From: Acidimicrobiales bacterium
GTDB lineage: Bacteria > Actinomycetota > Acidimicrobiia > Acidimicrobiales > SZUA-35
Direction: 5' to 3'
NCBI GenBank assembly: GCA_020630065.1
Contig: JAHDCC010000019.1
Location: forward strand, 7,139-71,138
Length of the DNA: 64,000 bases
Position numbers and translations under genes: made by a program. Below are positions 1 through 9,106 of the stretch, piece after piece (the stretch's first letter is position 1; every line of letters starts with the position of its first letter). The notes under the pieces are model-generated. The model was not told the origin of the DNA, did not search any database, and saw only the letters and a list, made by a program, of their open reading frames with translations.

Positions 1-316
1 AGAAATCGTCGACACGGTCTGGGGCGTCGTTAAATACGACCGCAACGATTTCTGCCTGACCAGACTGCTCAGCCCAAGTGTCAAACTCGATCAGATCGGG
101 GTGCTCATTGATACATCCCGGGCACCACGTGGCAAAGAAATTCACCAACACCCATTTGCCTTGCGCCTCGTCGATGTCGTAGGTTCCACCATCGGTAGTA
201 GACCCAGCTACCCGAGGCACGGGTTCACCGACTAGGGTTTCTTCATCGCCTCCGATGCCAAAGGCCAACAACCCCACTAACGCCGTCAACACAACGCCGA
301 CTGCGATCGCGCTCAT
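1..316 (-). CDS. ccmG: Thiol:disulfide oxidoreductase, CcmG/DsbE/ResA-like (TlpA family). The C-terminus runs off the window edge.
   Basis: Manual translation of the minus strand from the ATG at 316 gives MSAIAVGVVLTALVGLLAF (membrane anchor) ... KWVLVNFFATWCPGCINEHPDL, with a WCPGC thioredoxin motif. The frame is open to position 1. It lies directly downstream of ccmF. Confidence 0.7.
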   Translation of the reverse strand, partial: MSAIAVGVVLTALVGLLAFGIGGDEETLVGEPVPRVAGSTTDGGTYDIDEAQGKWVLVNFFATWCPGCINEHPDLIEFDTWAEQSGQAEIVAVVFNDAPDRVDDF

Positions 317-342
317 CCGAGCTGTAGAGAGACCAGACACTG

Positions 343-2325
343 TTACCCACCCGCCGTTGAACTAGCCGAGGTCGGCGCACTGCCAGCCTTGCCGATCGGT
401 TCCGAAACGGGTTCGGTACCTCGACGGCGTTTGCCGGGGAAAAGAGCTAGCAAGGTTCCAAAAGCCATCAAACCTCCGCCGATCCAAAGCCACATCACCA
501 TTGGACGGATGACGATACGAAGCCGGATGGTGTCGTCGGCTCGTGATGGAAGATCGTCTAAGACGAGGAACACGTCGTGGGTGAATCGTGTCCGTACCGA
601 CGGTGTCGCGACAGTGGCGCCAATTCTCACATAGTTTGTGATGGCTGGAGCGTATGTGCCTTCGTCGTCGATATCGATTTCGGCGAATACTTTGGTCACA
701 CGGTCATTGTTTTCGATGCCCGGTTCGACGTAGGTGAACGTTCGGCCTTCAACCACGGCTGATTCGCCTGGTGTCAACACGACTGTCTCATCTGAGCGGT
801 ACGATTCGCTCGCAGCCATTCCAACCGCCAAAAGCACAACGCCGACATGCACAATCATGCCTCCGTTGGTTCTGCCAACGAAGCCTCGCCATCCTTGGCG
901 GCGACTCGCCAACACGACCTGTCGGACGGCTGCGCCGCCAGCAAACCCGCCAAGGCCGAACGTCAAGATCGGATAGAATCCGCGTCCTCCTAGCAGGAGG
1001 GCTCCCGCCATCGCCGCTACGCCGGCTACGGCGGGCCAGAACAGCCGTTTTGATAACAGTTCATTCGACGCTTTACGCCAAGGCAAGACCGGCGCTGCGG
1101 CCATGAGAAACAAGATAACGAGTCCGATCGGACGGCTCATCGAGTCGAAATATGGTCGCCCTACCCGTAGTCGGCTGCCGTCTAAGGCTTCGGCAATGAG
1201 CGGAAAGACCGTGCCAAGAAGTACAACAAAGGCCAATGCACCAAACAGCAGGTTATTTGCAAGAAACGAAGCTTCACGAGAGAGCGGTGAGTCGATTGAA
1301 CCGGGCGAGCTGAGTCTGTCTCCCCGCCAGCCGATCAAGAAAATACAGAACACGGCGATGACGGCAAAGAAAACTAGCAGCCATGGCCCTACCCCACCGT
1401 CGGAGAATGCGTGTACCGATTCGACTACCCCAGAGCGGGTTAGGAACGTACCAAGAATTGTGAGCGAAAACGTGGCGCAAAGCAGCGACAAATTCCAAAC
1501 CCGTAGCATGCCTCGTCGTTCTTGAACCATTACCGAATGAATGTAGGCAGTTCCGGTAAGCCATGGAAGTAGAGAGGCGTTCTCGACAGGGTCCCAACCC
1601 CAGTATCCGCCCCAGTTCAGCACCTCGTAGCTCCACCACGCTCCGAGCACGATGCCTGCGGTGAGGAAACCCCAAGCAGCTACAGCCCAACGTCTGGTCT
1701 CTACCAGCCATCCCTCGCCTACCCGTCCGGTGATCAGGGCTGCCGCTGCGAATGAAAACGGCACGGTAAACCCGACATAACCAAGGTAAAGCATCGGCGG
1801 GTGGAACGCCATCAGAATATGGTTCTGAAGTAGCGGGTTCGGTCCTGGCCCCTCGAACCCTATCGGTACGTCGGTCTGGGTGAATGGAGCAGCGGGCCCT
1901 AACATTAGCCCAAAGAAGAAGGCGGCTACCGCCAACATCACAACAAGCGCCCAGCCCCAAAGTTCGTCATCTGTACGTTTACGAAACTTGATCAGCATGG
2001 CGCCGATGTAAAGTCCGAGGATCATCGCCCACAAGATGATGGACCCTTCTAACGCCGACCATAACGCAGCAAAGTTGAACAACGCCGGTGTGTCGTCGGC
2101 GCCGACGCTCGAGACGTAGGTCAGTGAGTAGTCGCGTTGAAACAGCGCAACTTCCATGACGATAAAGGCTCCGACACCAGCGCCAACCACGATCCAGGCC
2201 CATTGTCGGACGGTTCGAAGCACGTCGGTTCGGCCGGTCCTCAGCGCAACTATTCCGCCGCCGGCACCTAGCACTGAAGCCGCGAACCCAACCACGATGC
2301 AGGTAAATCCTAGAATTGCGTTCAT
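343..2325 (-). CDS. ccmF: Cytochrome c-type biogenesis protein CcmF (heme lyase subunit)
   Basis: 660-aa polytopic membrane protein with the tryptophan-rich WGGYWGWDPVEN motif typical of CcmF/CcmC/CcsA heme-handling proteins. Size and operon context also fit. Confidence 0.9.
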   Translation of the reverse strand: MNAILGFTCIVVGFAASVLGAGGGIVALRTGRTDVLRTVRQWAWIVVGAGVGAFIVMEVALFQRDYSLTYVSSVGADDTPALFNFAALWSALEGSIILWAMILGLYIGAMLIKFRKRTDDELWGWALVVMLAVAAFFFGLMLGPAAPFTQTDVPIGFEGPGPNPLLQNHILMAFHPPMLYLGYVGFTVPFSFAAAALITGRVGEGWLVETRRWAVAAWGFLTAGIVLGAWWSYEVLNWGGYWGWDPVENASLLPWLTGTAYIHSVMVQERRGMLRVWNLSLLCATFSLTILGTFLTRSGVVESVHAFSDGGVGPWLLVFFAVIAVFCIFLIGWRGDRLSSPGSIDSPLSREASFLANNLLFGALAFVVLLGTVFPLIAEALDGSRLRVGRPYFDSMSRPIGLVILFLMAAAPVLPWRKASNELLSKRLFWPAVAGVAAMAGALLLGGRGFYPILTFGLGGFAGGAAVRQVVLASRRQGWRGFVGRTNGGMIVHVGVVLLAVGMAASESYRSDETVVLTPGESAVVEGRTFTYVEPGIENNDRVTKVFAEIDIDDEGTYAPAITNYVRIGATVATPSVRTRFTHDVFLVLDDLPSRADDTIRLRIVIRPMVMWLWIGGGLMAFGTLLALFPGKRRRGTEPVSEPIGKAGSAPTSASSTAGG

Positions 2326-2328
2326 TAG

Positions 2329-2808
2329 CTAGCAGCTACTTCCCACAGGTTTGTACGCCTCTTCGAGGCGTTCTTCGTTCGCCTCTTCATACTCCTCAGA
2401 GTGTTTGACGGTGATCAGTTCTGACTCAAAGGTGTTTTCGATCCATCGCCCTTCGATAACGACGGGGGTGTTGCATTCGAAAAGAGCTGACGGGGCATCA
2501 CCGATGTGGCGCACGTCGGCTTGCTCTCCGTTGAAGGCAACAGCAAAGAACAATGATCCGTCGTCTTTAGTGTCTGGAACGGTCGTAACCGTTCCCTGCA
2601 TGCGGAATCTTTTGTCACCGAGCTCTGACTGTTGGGCGACCGCTTCGTCGACGTTTAAGAAAAATATTCGAGCGTTAGTTAGCGCTTGGAACAAGACGAA
2701 ACCTAACGCCAAACAAATCACGCTCATTATGAGGATGTTTCGGGGGGATCGGCTACCTTTGCGAACCGTTTCGGTCCGATCTTCAGGTGTGAGATCTACC
2801 TCAGCCAA
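2329..2808 (-). CDS. ccmE: Cytochrome c maturation heme chaperone CcmE
   Basis: An N-terminal TM segment (ILIMSVICLALGFVLF) is followed by an OB-fold-like region and the C-terminal VKHSEEY motif (compare the canonical H-D-E-N-Y heme-binding His). I chose the TTG start at 2808, which overlaps the ccmD stop. The ORF track extends it to 2895. Confidence 0.8.
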   Translation of the reverse strand: MAEVDLTPEDRTETVRKGSRSPRNILIMSVICLALGFVLFQALTNARIFFLNVDEAVAQQSELGDKRFRMQGTVTTVPDTKDDGSLFFAVAFNGEQADVRHIGDAPSALFECNTPVVIEGRWIENTFESELITVKHSEEYEEANEERLEEAYKPVGSSC

Positions 2809-2938
2809 GGAACCTTCTCCGTTCTGGTGGTAGTTGTTTAGACAATGTGCGTCCTCGCCGGATGATGTAGGCGGTGTAGACACCAAGCCCCACAAAGACG
2901 AAGCTGTATCCGACGATTACAAAGTTCCAGCCGTTCAT
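2801..2938 (-). CDS. ccmD: Heme exporter protein CcmD (45 aa). Not present in the supplied ORF track because it is under 60 aa.
   Basis: Manual translation gives MNGWNFVIVGYSFVFVGLGVYTAYIIRRGRTLSKQLPPERRRFLG: a single TM followed by a basic tail, as in CcmD. Its ATG overlaps the ccmC stop (ATGA), its stop overlaps the ccmE start, and it sits in the canonical ccmC-D-E position. Confidence 0.7.
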   Translation of the reverse strand: MNGWNFVIVGYSFVFVGLGVYTAYIIRRGRTLSKQLPPERRRFLG

Positions 2939-3723
2939 GAGATCGCTCCTGTAGTTCCGTCGATGGTTCCTTCTGCTCGACGTTCGACGAGCGCCTCATC
3001 AAGTCGAGCAAGCCGTAGTTGGTGTTCGAGCCACGACACTCTGAACCGATGTATCAGCAACCAGGCAAAGACGACAGTGAACGCTACGAGACCTAAGAAA
3101 AACGAGAAAAGCATCAACCCATCAAGCTTGGTGTCGACCCCAAATGTGGCCTGTTGATGCAAGCCTCTCCACCAGTCCACCGAGTAGTGCACGATAATGA
3201 CGTTTAGGAAACTGACAATCCCAAGCACGGCTGCACGGCGTGACCGAACCCGTGGCTCAAGGTCGAGGCGGCGAACAGCCAAATAGCCTAAATACATCAC
3301 GAACATAACCGTTGTACTGGTGAGGCGAGGGTCCCATTGCCAGTACACACCCCACGTTGGTTTTCCCCAGACAGCGCCGGTGAAAAGGGTAAAGGCACAA
3401 AACAGTACCGCTATTTCGGCGGCTGACCCTGCGACTAGGTCCCAGAACTGTGAACCTTTACGTAGATAAATAATGCTAGCGACCAACGTGATTCCGAAGC
3501 CAAGGTAGGCGGTTAGCACTGACGGAACATGCACGTAAAACAGCCGGACGGCTTCACCCTGGACAACTTCTGGACCGGAATAGTAGAGCCCAAAAAGCAA
3601 CTGCAGCCCGATCGCTACCAGAGCGGCGACGCCTAATACTTTTGTCACTTTCGAACCGGTGCCAGTCGTGGTCAGACCACCGCTGGATAGCTCATGTCCG
3701 ATCTCAAGTTTTGTGTCTGTCAT
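2935..3723 (-). CDS. ccmC: Heme exporter protein CcmC
   Basis: Polytopic membrane protein with the WGVYWQWDPRLTS tryptophan-rich motif. The ATG at 3723 overlaps the ccmB stop (ATGA). The ORF track start at 3804 is probably too early. Confidence 0.85.
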   Translation of the reverse strand: MTDTKLEIGHELSSGGLTTTGTGSKVTKVLGVAALVAIGLQLLFGLYYSGPEVVQGEAVRLFYVHVPSVLTAYLGFGITLVASIIYLRKGSQFWDLVAGSAAEIAVLFCAFTLFTGAVWGKPTWGVYWQWDPRLTSTTVMFVMYLGYLAVRRLDLEPRVRSRRAAVLGIVSFLNVIIVHYSVDWWRGLHQQATFGVDTKLDGLMLFSFFLGLVAFTVVFAWLLIHRFRVSWLEHQLRLARLDEALVERRAEGTIDGTTGAIS

Positions 3724-4409
3724 GATTCCTCCAGCAGCGACCCAAATGCCATCATCCCTACACCAACAAATAACAGAGTAAAGACAGCGATAAGTAGCAA
3801 CCACGGTGTGCCGTCCGAAGTTGGACCGAAGAACGCCGCGTCAGTTGCCAGAGTAGCCCCGAGCAGGACGGGTGTGAGAACCGGGAGCACCAGCAAAGGG
3901 GCGAGGGTGTCACGTACTCTAGAACCAGCAGTTACCGCTGCATACAAGGTACCGGCCGCCGCTATGGCTGCGGTCGTTATAAGAACTGTCGTGACCAACA
4001 ACATAGCGCTACCAAGTGGGGGCCCGAACATTACCCATGCCGCTAGCCCCAAAACCACTTCTAGCAGGAAGATCTGTAACGCGACGGCCGCTGTTTTCCC
4101 TAAGAACACTCCAGCAGGGTCGATACCGGCCATTTGTAACGCATCGAGCTTTCCATCAGCCGCCTCGATAGCGAACGAACGTCCAAGCGCCATGATGGCT
4201 GCAAATAAAACCGCCAACCAGAACAGTCCAGGTGCGACTTGTTCGAGCACCGAACGTTCGGCTCCTACTACCTTTAAGTCTGGAGACAATGCGAACCCGT
4301 AAAGAAGCAGGTTCAGGATACCAAATGGGAGTATCTGGGCCAGCGTGACCCGGGTTGAGAACTCGATTCGGAGGTCCTTTTTTGCGATCAGTACCGCATC
4401 ACGAATCAT
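3720..4409 (-). CDS. ccmB: Heme exporter permease CcmB
   Basis: 229-aa protein with about 6 TM segments, lying between ccmA and ccmC. Start and stop overlap both neighbours. Confidence 0.8.
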   Translation of the reverse strand: MIRDAVLIAKKDLRIEFSTRVTLAQILPFGILNLLLYGFALSPDLKVVGAERSVLEQVAPGLFWLAVLFAAIMALGRSFAIEAADGKLDALQMAGIDPAGVFLGKTAAVALQIFLLEVVLGLAAWVMFGPPLGSAMLLVTTVLITTAAIAAAGTLYAAVTAGSRVRDTLAPLLVLPVLTPVLLGATLATDAAFFGPTSDGTPWLLLIAVFTLLFVGVGMMAFGSLLEES

Positions 4410-5476
4410 GGCGTTTCCTTTGCCGGATCGTCATCGGAAATCGACGTTGTTTTAGTAGCGCCGTCGTCGAGCAGAGACGGTGGGCGTTCGGCCGCTAACA
4501 GGTCGGCGAACAAGTCATCGACCGAATCGTCGGAGTCTGTGGGCTCCTCGACTGGTTCGTTGGTCGCTCCGATCACCCGTTTTGGTTCTTTAGTTTGTTC
4601 GTCCGGGCTGGAACCGTCTTCTGTTGCCGCATCGGGCGAGGGCGACGATGTGGCCGAATTGTCGGTCGTCTCGCTTGTGGTCGAACTATTGACAAACCCT
4701 TTGGTGATCGGTCGACCGGGGAGAGCTGAAACCGCAGGCGTTGACGCTAACGACGGCGGCTCTTCGACGGCGACAGGTTCGGTAGCCTCGACGGAGCTTT
4801 CCGATTGTTCTGAGGCGGGGGTTTGAAGAATTCGGCCGCCAGAAACGTTTACTACTCGGGTGGCTACTGCTCGGGCTCGCCGACGATCGTGAGATGCCAA
4901 AAGTACTGTTGCCCCAAACCCGACAGCCTGTTTAATAAGTGAGTCCACCGCGTCTTTACCAGCCTGGTCGAGCGCAGCATGAGGCTCATCTAGCAGCCAA
5001 ATATGGGGACGTCGCGAAATCATGATCGCCAGCGAGGTCCGCCGCCGCTGACCAGCAGATAGATCTCTCGCTTTTACCGTTCGGAGACGCCCATCAAGCC
5101 CGAGGCGATCCAGAACGGGTTCGATAGTTGATAGGTCTGAACGGTTCGCTTTGGCCCAAAACGTAATATTGTCGATGATGCTCAACTCGTCGTACAAAAA
5201 CGTTTCGTGAGCGAGCAGACCGGCTTGGCGACGGAGCTCTCGTCGTTCATCTCGGTTTGCTAGATCTTTCCCAAGTACAACACCTGATCCGGTGTGGAGC
5301 GGCAACAGGCCAGCGCAAAGCCGGAGCAACGTGCTCTTTCCGGCACCGTTTGGACCCTCGACACAGATAACTTCCCCTTTGGCCACTTCCAAGTCAAGCC
5401 CTGCTAGAGCCGGGAAATCACCAAGAAGCGCTACCGCATCAGAAAGTTCAATAATATGGCCACTGTGAACCACCAC
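4406..5476 (-). CDS. ccmA: Heme exporter ATP-binding protein CcmA with a C-terminal acidic low-complexity extension of about 140 aa
   Basis: Walker A GPNGAGKSTLL, signature LSAGQRRR, Walker B WLLDEP. After about aa 217 comes an S/T/P/D/E-rich tail with no recognisable fold. Confidence 0.85.
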   Translation of the reverse strand: MVVHSGHIIELSDAVALLGDFPALAGLDLEVAKGEVICVEGPNGAGKSTLLRLCAGLLPLHTGSGVVLGKDLANRDERRELRRQAGLLAHETFLYDELSIIDNITFWAKANRSDLSTIEPVLDRLGLDGRLRTVKARDLSAGQRRRTSLAIMISRRPHIWLLDEPHAALDQAGKDAVDSLIKQAVGFGATVLLASHDRRRARAVATRVVNVSGGRILQTPASEQSESSVEATEPVAVEEPPSLASTPAVSALPGRPITKGFVNSSTTSETTDNSATSSPSPDAATEDGSSPDEQTKEPKRVIGATNEPVEEPTDSDDSVDDLFADLLAAERPPSLLDDGATKTTSISDDDPAKETP

Positions 5477-5539
5477 CGTCTCATGATAGGTGGTGCACGA
5501 CCCTCTTAAGCCAAGCTTGTAATCTACCGATAGGAATCA

Positions 5540-6469
5540 GTGTCAAAAACCGTCGCAACACTACTCGGAGGATTAGGTCGTCTGCTGATCTCAGCGGGGC
5601 TAATTACCCTCGCTTTCGCTGTGTTTCAGCTGTGGGGCACCGGGCTTACAGAAAGCCAAGCTCAGGGTTCTCTCAACGACGAACTTAACGAAACATTACA
5701 AGCTAGAGAACTTGCGTATCAGGAAGAAAGCCCGACCGACGCTACCGCACCGGAATTGACCGGTGACGACGTCCCTAAAATCGGCCAACCTTTTGGCCGA
5801 ATCAAGATTCCGAAGATCGGTTTAGAAAAAGCCATCGTCGAAGGGGTATCGCGAGACGATTTGCGGCAGGCTCCCGGCCACTATCCAGACACTCCTCTAC
5901 CCGGCCAAGCTGGTAATGCATCAATTGCCGGTCACCGCACCACCTACGGTCAACCATTTCATGATCTAGACAAGCTGGTACCTGGCGACAAGATAGAGGT
6001 TGAAACGTTACAGGGCTCATTCACCTACGTCGTCGAGGGACACCCGGTTGATGGGCCTGAAGGGGTTACCGAAGTCGGGCACCAGATTGTTCTACCTACC
6101 GACGTTGATGTCATCGCCGACAAAGGCGACAACCGGCTGACACTTACGGCGTGTCATCCCAAGTATTCGGCCCGGGAGCGAATCATTGTTTCGGCGGTGC
6201 TCGAAGCCGAACCAGCTCCCCCCACCCCACGACCAGAACCGGTTTCCATTGACGACGAAGATTCCTTCGAAGATTCGTTGGGCTGGAACTACGACCAAAC
6301 CAAACCGACTGCGTTCTGGGCTCTGATGAGTTTGGGAGTTGTTGCGTTTGCGTACCTTGTCGGCCGCATCTGGCGACGCCGTCTGACGTACGCGTTAGCG
6401 TCACCCGGGTTTGCCGTCACCCTGTTAACGTGTTTTTTCTATCTCGACAAACTGTTACCGGCGGTATGA
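5540..6469 (+). CDS. Class E-type sortase (transpeptidase)
   Basis: N-terminal TM segment, catalytic TLTACHP (TLxTC) motif, conserved IAGHRTTYG His region, and a C-terminal double TM. This architecture is typical of actinobacterial housekeeping sortases. Confidence 0.8.
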   Translation: MSKTVATLLGGLGRLLISAGLITLAFAVFQLWGTGLTESQAQGSLNDELNETLQARELAYQEESPTDATAPELTGDDVPKIGQPFGRIKIPKIGLEKAIVEGVSRDDLRQAPGHYPDTPLPGQAGNASIAGHRTTYGQPFHDLDKLVPGDKIEVETLQGSFTYVVEGHPVDGPEGVTEVGHQIVLPTDVDVIADKGDNRLTLTACHPKYSARERIIVSAVLEAEPAPPTPRPEPVSIDDEDSFEDSLGWNYDQTKPTAFWALMSLGVVAFAYLVGRIWRRRLTYALASPGFAVTLLTCFFYLDKLLPAV

Positions 6470-6499
6470 ACGGTCAGAAAGCTCGAAGATGGCAGACCG

Positions 6500-6790
6500 T
6501 TAGAACAGAATCTCGGAGAAAACTGTTACCGGTGGCCCAGCAATAAGATCTGGTTTGAGTGCAGACGACTTTGTTTCGGTTCGCCAAGCTTTATAGGCGT
6601 GGTAATGTTCGACGGTTGACCATTCTTGAATCATCAGCAGCGTGTTGTCGCTGTCTTTTGGGGCGACGAGTCGCAGCGATTCGATTCCCTCGTATTCGTT
6701 GGTCACACTAAGGTTCGCTAACAGACCGTCCCGTAGTTCTTCGAACTTTCCGGGTGCGGCCGTAATCGTGATCGTCACAGAGATGCTCAT
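6500..6790 (-). CDS. Antibiotic-biosynthesis-monooxygenase (ABM/Dabb) domain protein
   Basis: 96-aa protein. The size and the pattern (ITAAPGKFEEL ... MIQEWSTVEHYHAYKAW) are typical of the ABM ferredoxin-like fold. Confidence 0.5.
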   Translation of the reverse strand: MSISVTITITAAPGKFEELRDGLLANLSVTNEYEGIESLRLVAPKDSDNTLLMIQEWSTVEHYHAYKAWRTETKSSALKPDLIAGPPVTVFSEILF

Positions 6791-6832
6791 GCTGACAGAC
6801 GGTACTAAGTTGAGCGGTCTGCATCAACCGAT

Positions 6833-7984
6833 TTATGTTGAAACTATGGCTAACCCGGCCCAAGTTTGGGGAATTGCTCCAAGACCGGTTCCGGTATCCG
6901 GGTTCCAATATTCGGCAAACCCAGACGTTTCGGCTCCCCTTAAAGACGAGAACTGTAGTTCCGACGCGAGTTCTTGTTCTCCAGCTCGTCTAGCCGCCAC
7001 AGAGAGTAAATAGTTGAGCTGGGGCCAGCTTGGTCCTCGCCAGTAGGTCGCCGGGTCATAGCTTGGTTCTGTCCGGCTCACACCGGCACACCCGTATTGG
7101 CTTCCGAACGCGGCGGCCGATCGTAACTGTTCAAAGCGCGCCGGTTTCGGATCGACTAACAAGCCGAGTAAACCGTCTGCGGTGGCGGCGTTGCCTGCTC
7201 GACAGTGCGAATCGTCGACCCATGTTCGATCCGGTTCACTCCATATCGCTACAAACCGTTGACGCAGTATCTGATACTCAGATTGAAGGTCACGTACAGT
7301 TGGGCGGTCGATGACCCCAGGGATGGCACAGAACTCTTCGAAGTTGAATAGGATCAGTGCGTTAAAGCCAGCCGAGCCGACCTCAAATAGCGGGTTGGCT
7401 ACTGGCGAGCCATCTGATTGGTAGACCAACGAGCCGACCATCTGGCTTTTTGTGGTACGCCAATCGTCGACGTCGAAACGGCTTGTGTGTCCTGATTTGT
7501 CGAACACATCCCATCGTGGGCTGTCATCACATCCGCTTTCCCACGGATGATAGATCGGCACGAGCCCTTGAGAAGTCCGTGTACGACTCTTCAACAGATA
7601 GTGGAATGCCTTTTCGATCCGGTACCGGAGATCTTCATCGATCTCATAGCCGCGGCGATGCAGCTCGGAAGCGGCGTGGCCAAACATAGGTGGCTGAGTG
7701 ATCGACGATGTTTTTGGTCGACCCCAGAACTCCTGATGCAGCTCTGGATGGTTCCAATACGTCATATGAGGAACAAACCCGCTTGTGTACTGGGAAGCCA
7801 GTGCTGATTCCAGTTCAACTATTGCCCGGTCATCGCCCAGCTCGGCCCACGTTATGGCATGGAAACACGAGTCCCATAACCATTGGTGGGGATACACACC
7901 CGAGTTCGGGACGCAGAATCCAGGTTCGGTCCACGCCTCATTGAGGATCGATTTAACCTGTTGACGGAGATAGGTTTCGTTCAC
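6833..7984 (-). CDS. (alpha/alpha)6-barrel glycoside hydrolase, GH63-related / MGH1-like (possible glucosyl- or mannosylglycerate-type hydrolase)
   Basis: The N-terminal YPHQWLWDSCFHA motif and the later HPWESGCDDSPRWD and YWRGPSWPQLNY motifs are characteristic of GH63/GH37-like six-hairpin glycosidases. No signal peptide. Confidence 0.5.
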   Translation of the reverse strand: MNETYLRQQVKSILNEAWTEPGFCVPNSGVYPHQWLWDSCFHAITWAELGDDRAIVELESALASQYTSGFVPHMTYWNHPELHQEFWGRPKTSSITQPPMFGHAASELHRRGYEIDEDLRYRIEKAFHYLLKSRTRTSQGLVPIYHPWESGCDDSPRWDVFDKSGHTSRFDVDDWRTTKSQMVGSLVYQSDGSPVANPLFEVGSAGFNALILFNFEEFCAIPGVIDRPTVRDLQSEYQILRQRFVAIWSEPDRTWVDDSHCRAGNAATADGLLGLLVDPKPARFEQLRSAAAFGSQYGCAGVSRTEPSYDPATYWRGPSWPQLNYLLSVAARRAGEQELASELQFSSLRGAETSGFAEYWNPDTGTGLGAIPQTWAGLAIVST

Positions 7985-8013
7985 GCCTCGAAGTATGGCA
8001 GGCTAAACGAGAT

Positions 8014-9048
8014 ATGGCTAAGACGTGTGTCATCATTTCGTTCCGTCTCGAAGGAAACGACGGGGTCGCAATCATCGCCAAAACTTGGGAACGTGTTCTA
8101 CGTACCTTGGGGTGGCAGATATGTACCGTCGCGGGGGAAAGCCCCGAAGGGCACCAACTAGATGTCAAGCTTGAAGGACTAGCGATCGAACCCACGGTCC
8201 CGGTTGACAAACAACGACTTGCCGAAGTTTTGGCGTCAGCCGATCTTGTGCTCTGCGAAAACATTTTGTCGGTCCCTATTAATCTGGAGGCGAGCCAAGC
8301 GATCGTCGAGCTGCTCCGAGGGCGGCCAGCGATACTTCATCACCATGATTTGCCGTGGCAACTCGAAAAGTACCGCACAAACGACGAACTACCAGTTGAT
8401 GATCCTGCGTGGAGGCATGTGTCGATCAACCGGCTCACCCAACACCAACTCGAAGCTCGAGGAATCAGATCGACGTTGATCTACAACGGTTTTGACACAA
8501 ACGCATCAATTGCTAACCGAAATATCTCACGCCAAAACCACGGATTCGACCCTGACGAACTGGTTGTCGCTCATCCCGTGCGGGCGATCCGACGGAAGAA
8601 CATTTCGGCCGCTGTTACCTTGACCGAACAGCTAGGGGGAACCTATTGGTTGACCGGTCCGACCGAAAACGGATACGAGTCTGAATTATCGTCGATTCTT
8701 GACAATGCGGCGTGTCGAGTTGTTCGACGGTCGGCTGAATCGCTGGCCGCCCTCTACGCAACGTCGGACCTGGTGGCGTTTCCGTCGATTTGGGAAGGGT
8801 TCGGAAACCCACCGATCGAAGCCGCTATACATCGTCGCCCAGCTGCGGTCGGAACGTATCCGGTCAGTGAGGAACTCCGACAACTCGGATTCGAATGGCT
8901 TGATCCCTACGATGCCGACTCGGTAGCCGCTGCCTTAGACCAAGACCTAACACCGATGCTCGACCACAACCAGGCGCTGGCGGCTGAACATTTCTCGCTT
9001 GACCGCTTGACTACCGCCATTGAACAACTTCTGGCTACGTTCGACTAG
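8014..9048 (+). CDS. Glycosyltransferase, GT-B fold (GT4-like)
   Basis: C-terminal AFPSIWEGFGNPPIEA motif (E-x7-E region of GT4/GT1 retaining transferases). Divergent from the GH63-like gene. Confidence 0.65.
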   Translation: MAKTCVIISFRLEGNDGVAIIAKTWERVLRTLGWQICTVAGESPEGHQLDVKLEGLAIEPTVPVDKQRLAEVLASADLVLCENILSVPINLEASQAIVELLRGRPAILHHHDLPWQLEKYRTNDELPVDDPAWRHVSINRLTQHQLEARGIRSTLIYNGFDTNASIANRNISRQNHGFDPDELVVAHPVRAIRRKNISAAVTLTEQLGGTYWLTGPTENGYESELSSILDNAACRVVRRSAESLAALYATSDLVAFPSIWEGFGNPPIEAAIHRRPAAVGTYPVSEELRQLGFEWLDPYDADSVAAALDQDLTPMLDHNQALAAEHFSLDRLTTAIEQLLATFD

Positions 9049-9106
9049 AAACCGCCAGACGCTGCCCGCAGCCAGCCCACCCGGCGGCAACCGCGTCGCG
9101 TTCAAC

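Noticed and set aside
1274-1960. 228-aa ORF on the minus strand inside ccmF, together with several 60-140-aa plus-strand ORFs between 389 and 1525
   Set aside because: These lie in alternative frames within the well-supported ccmF coding region. Their Arg/Gly/Ser-rich composition is typical of shadow ORFs in GC-rich DNA, and they carry no motifs.
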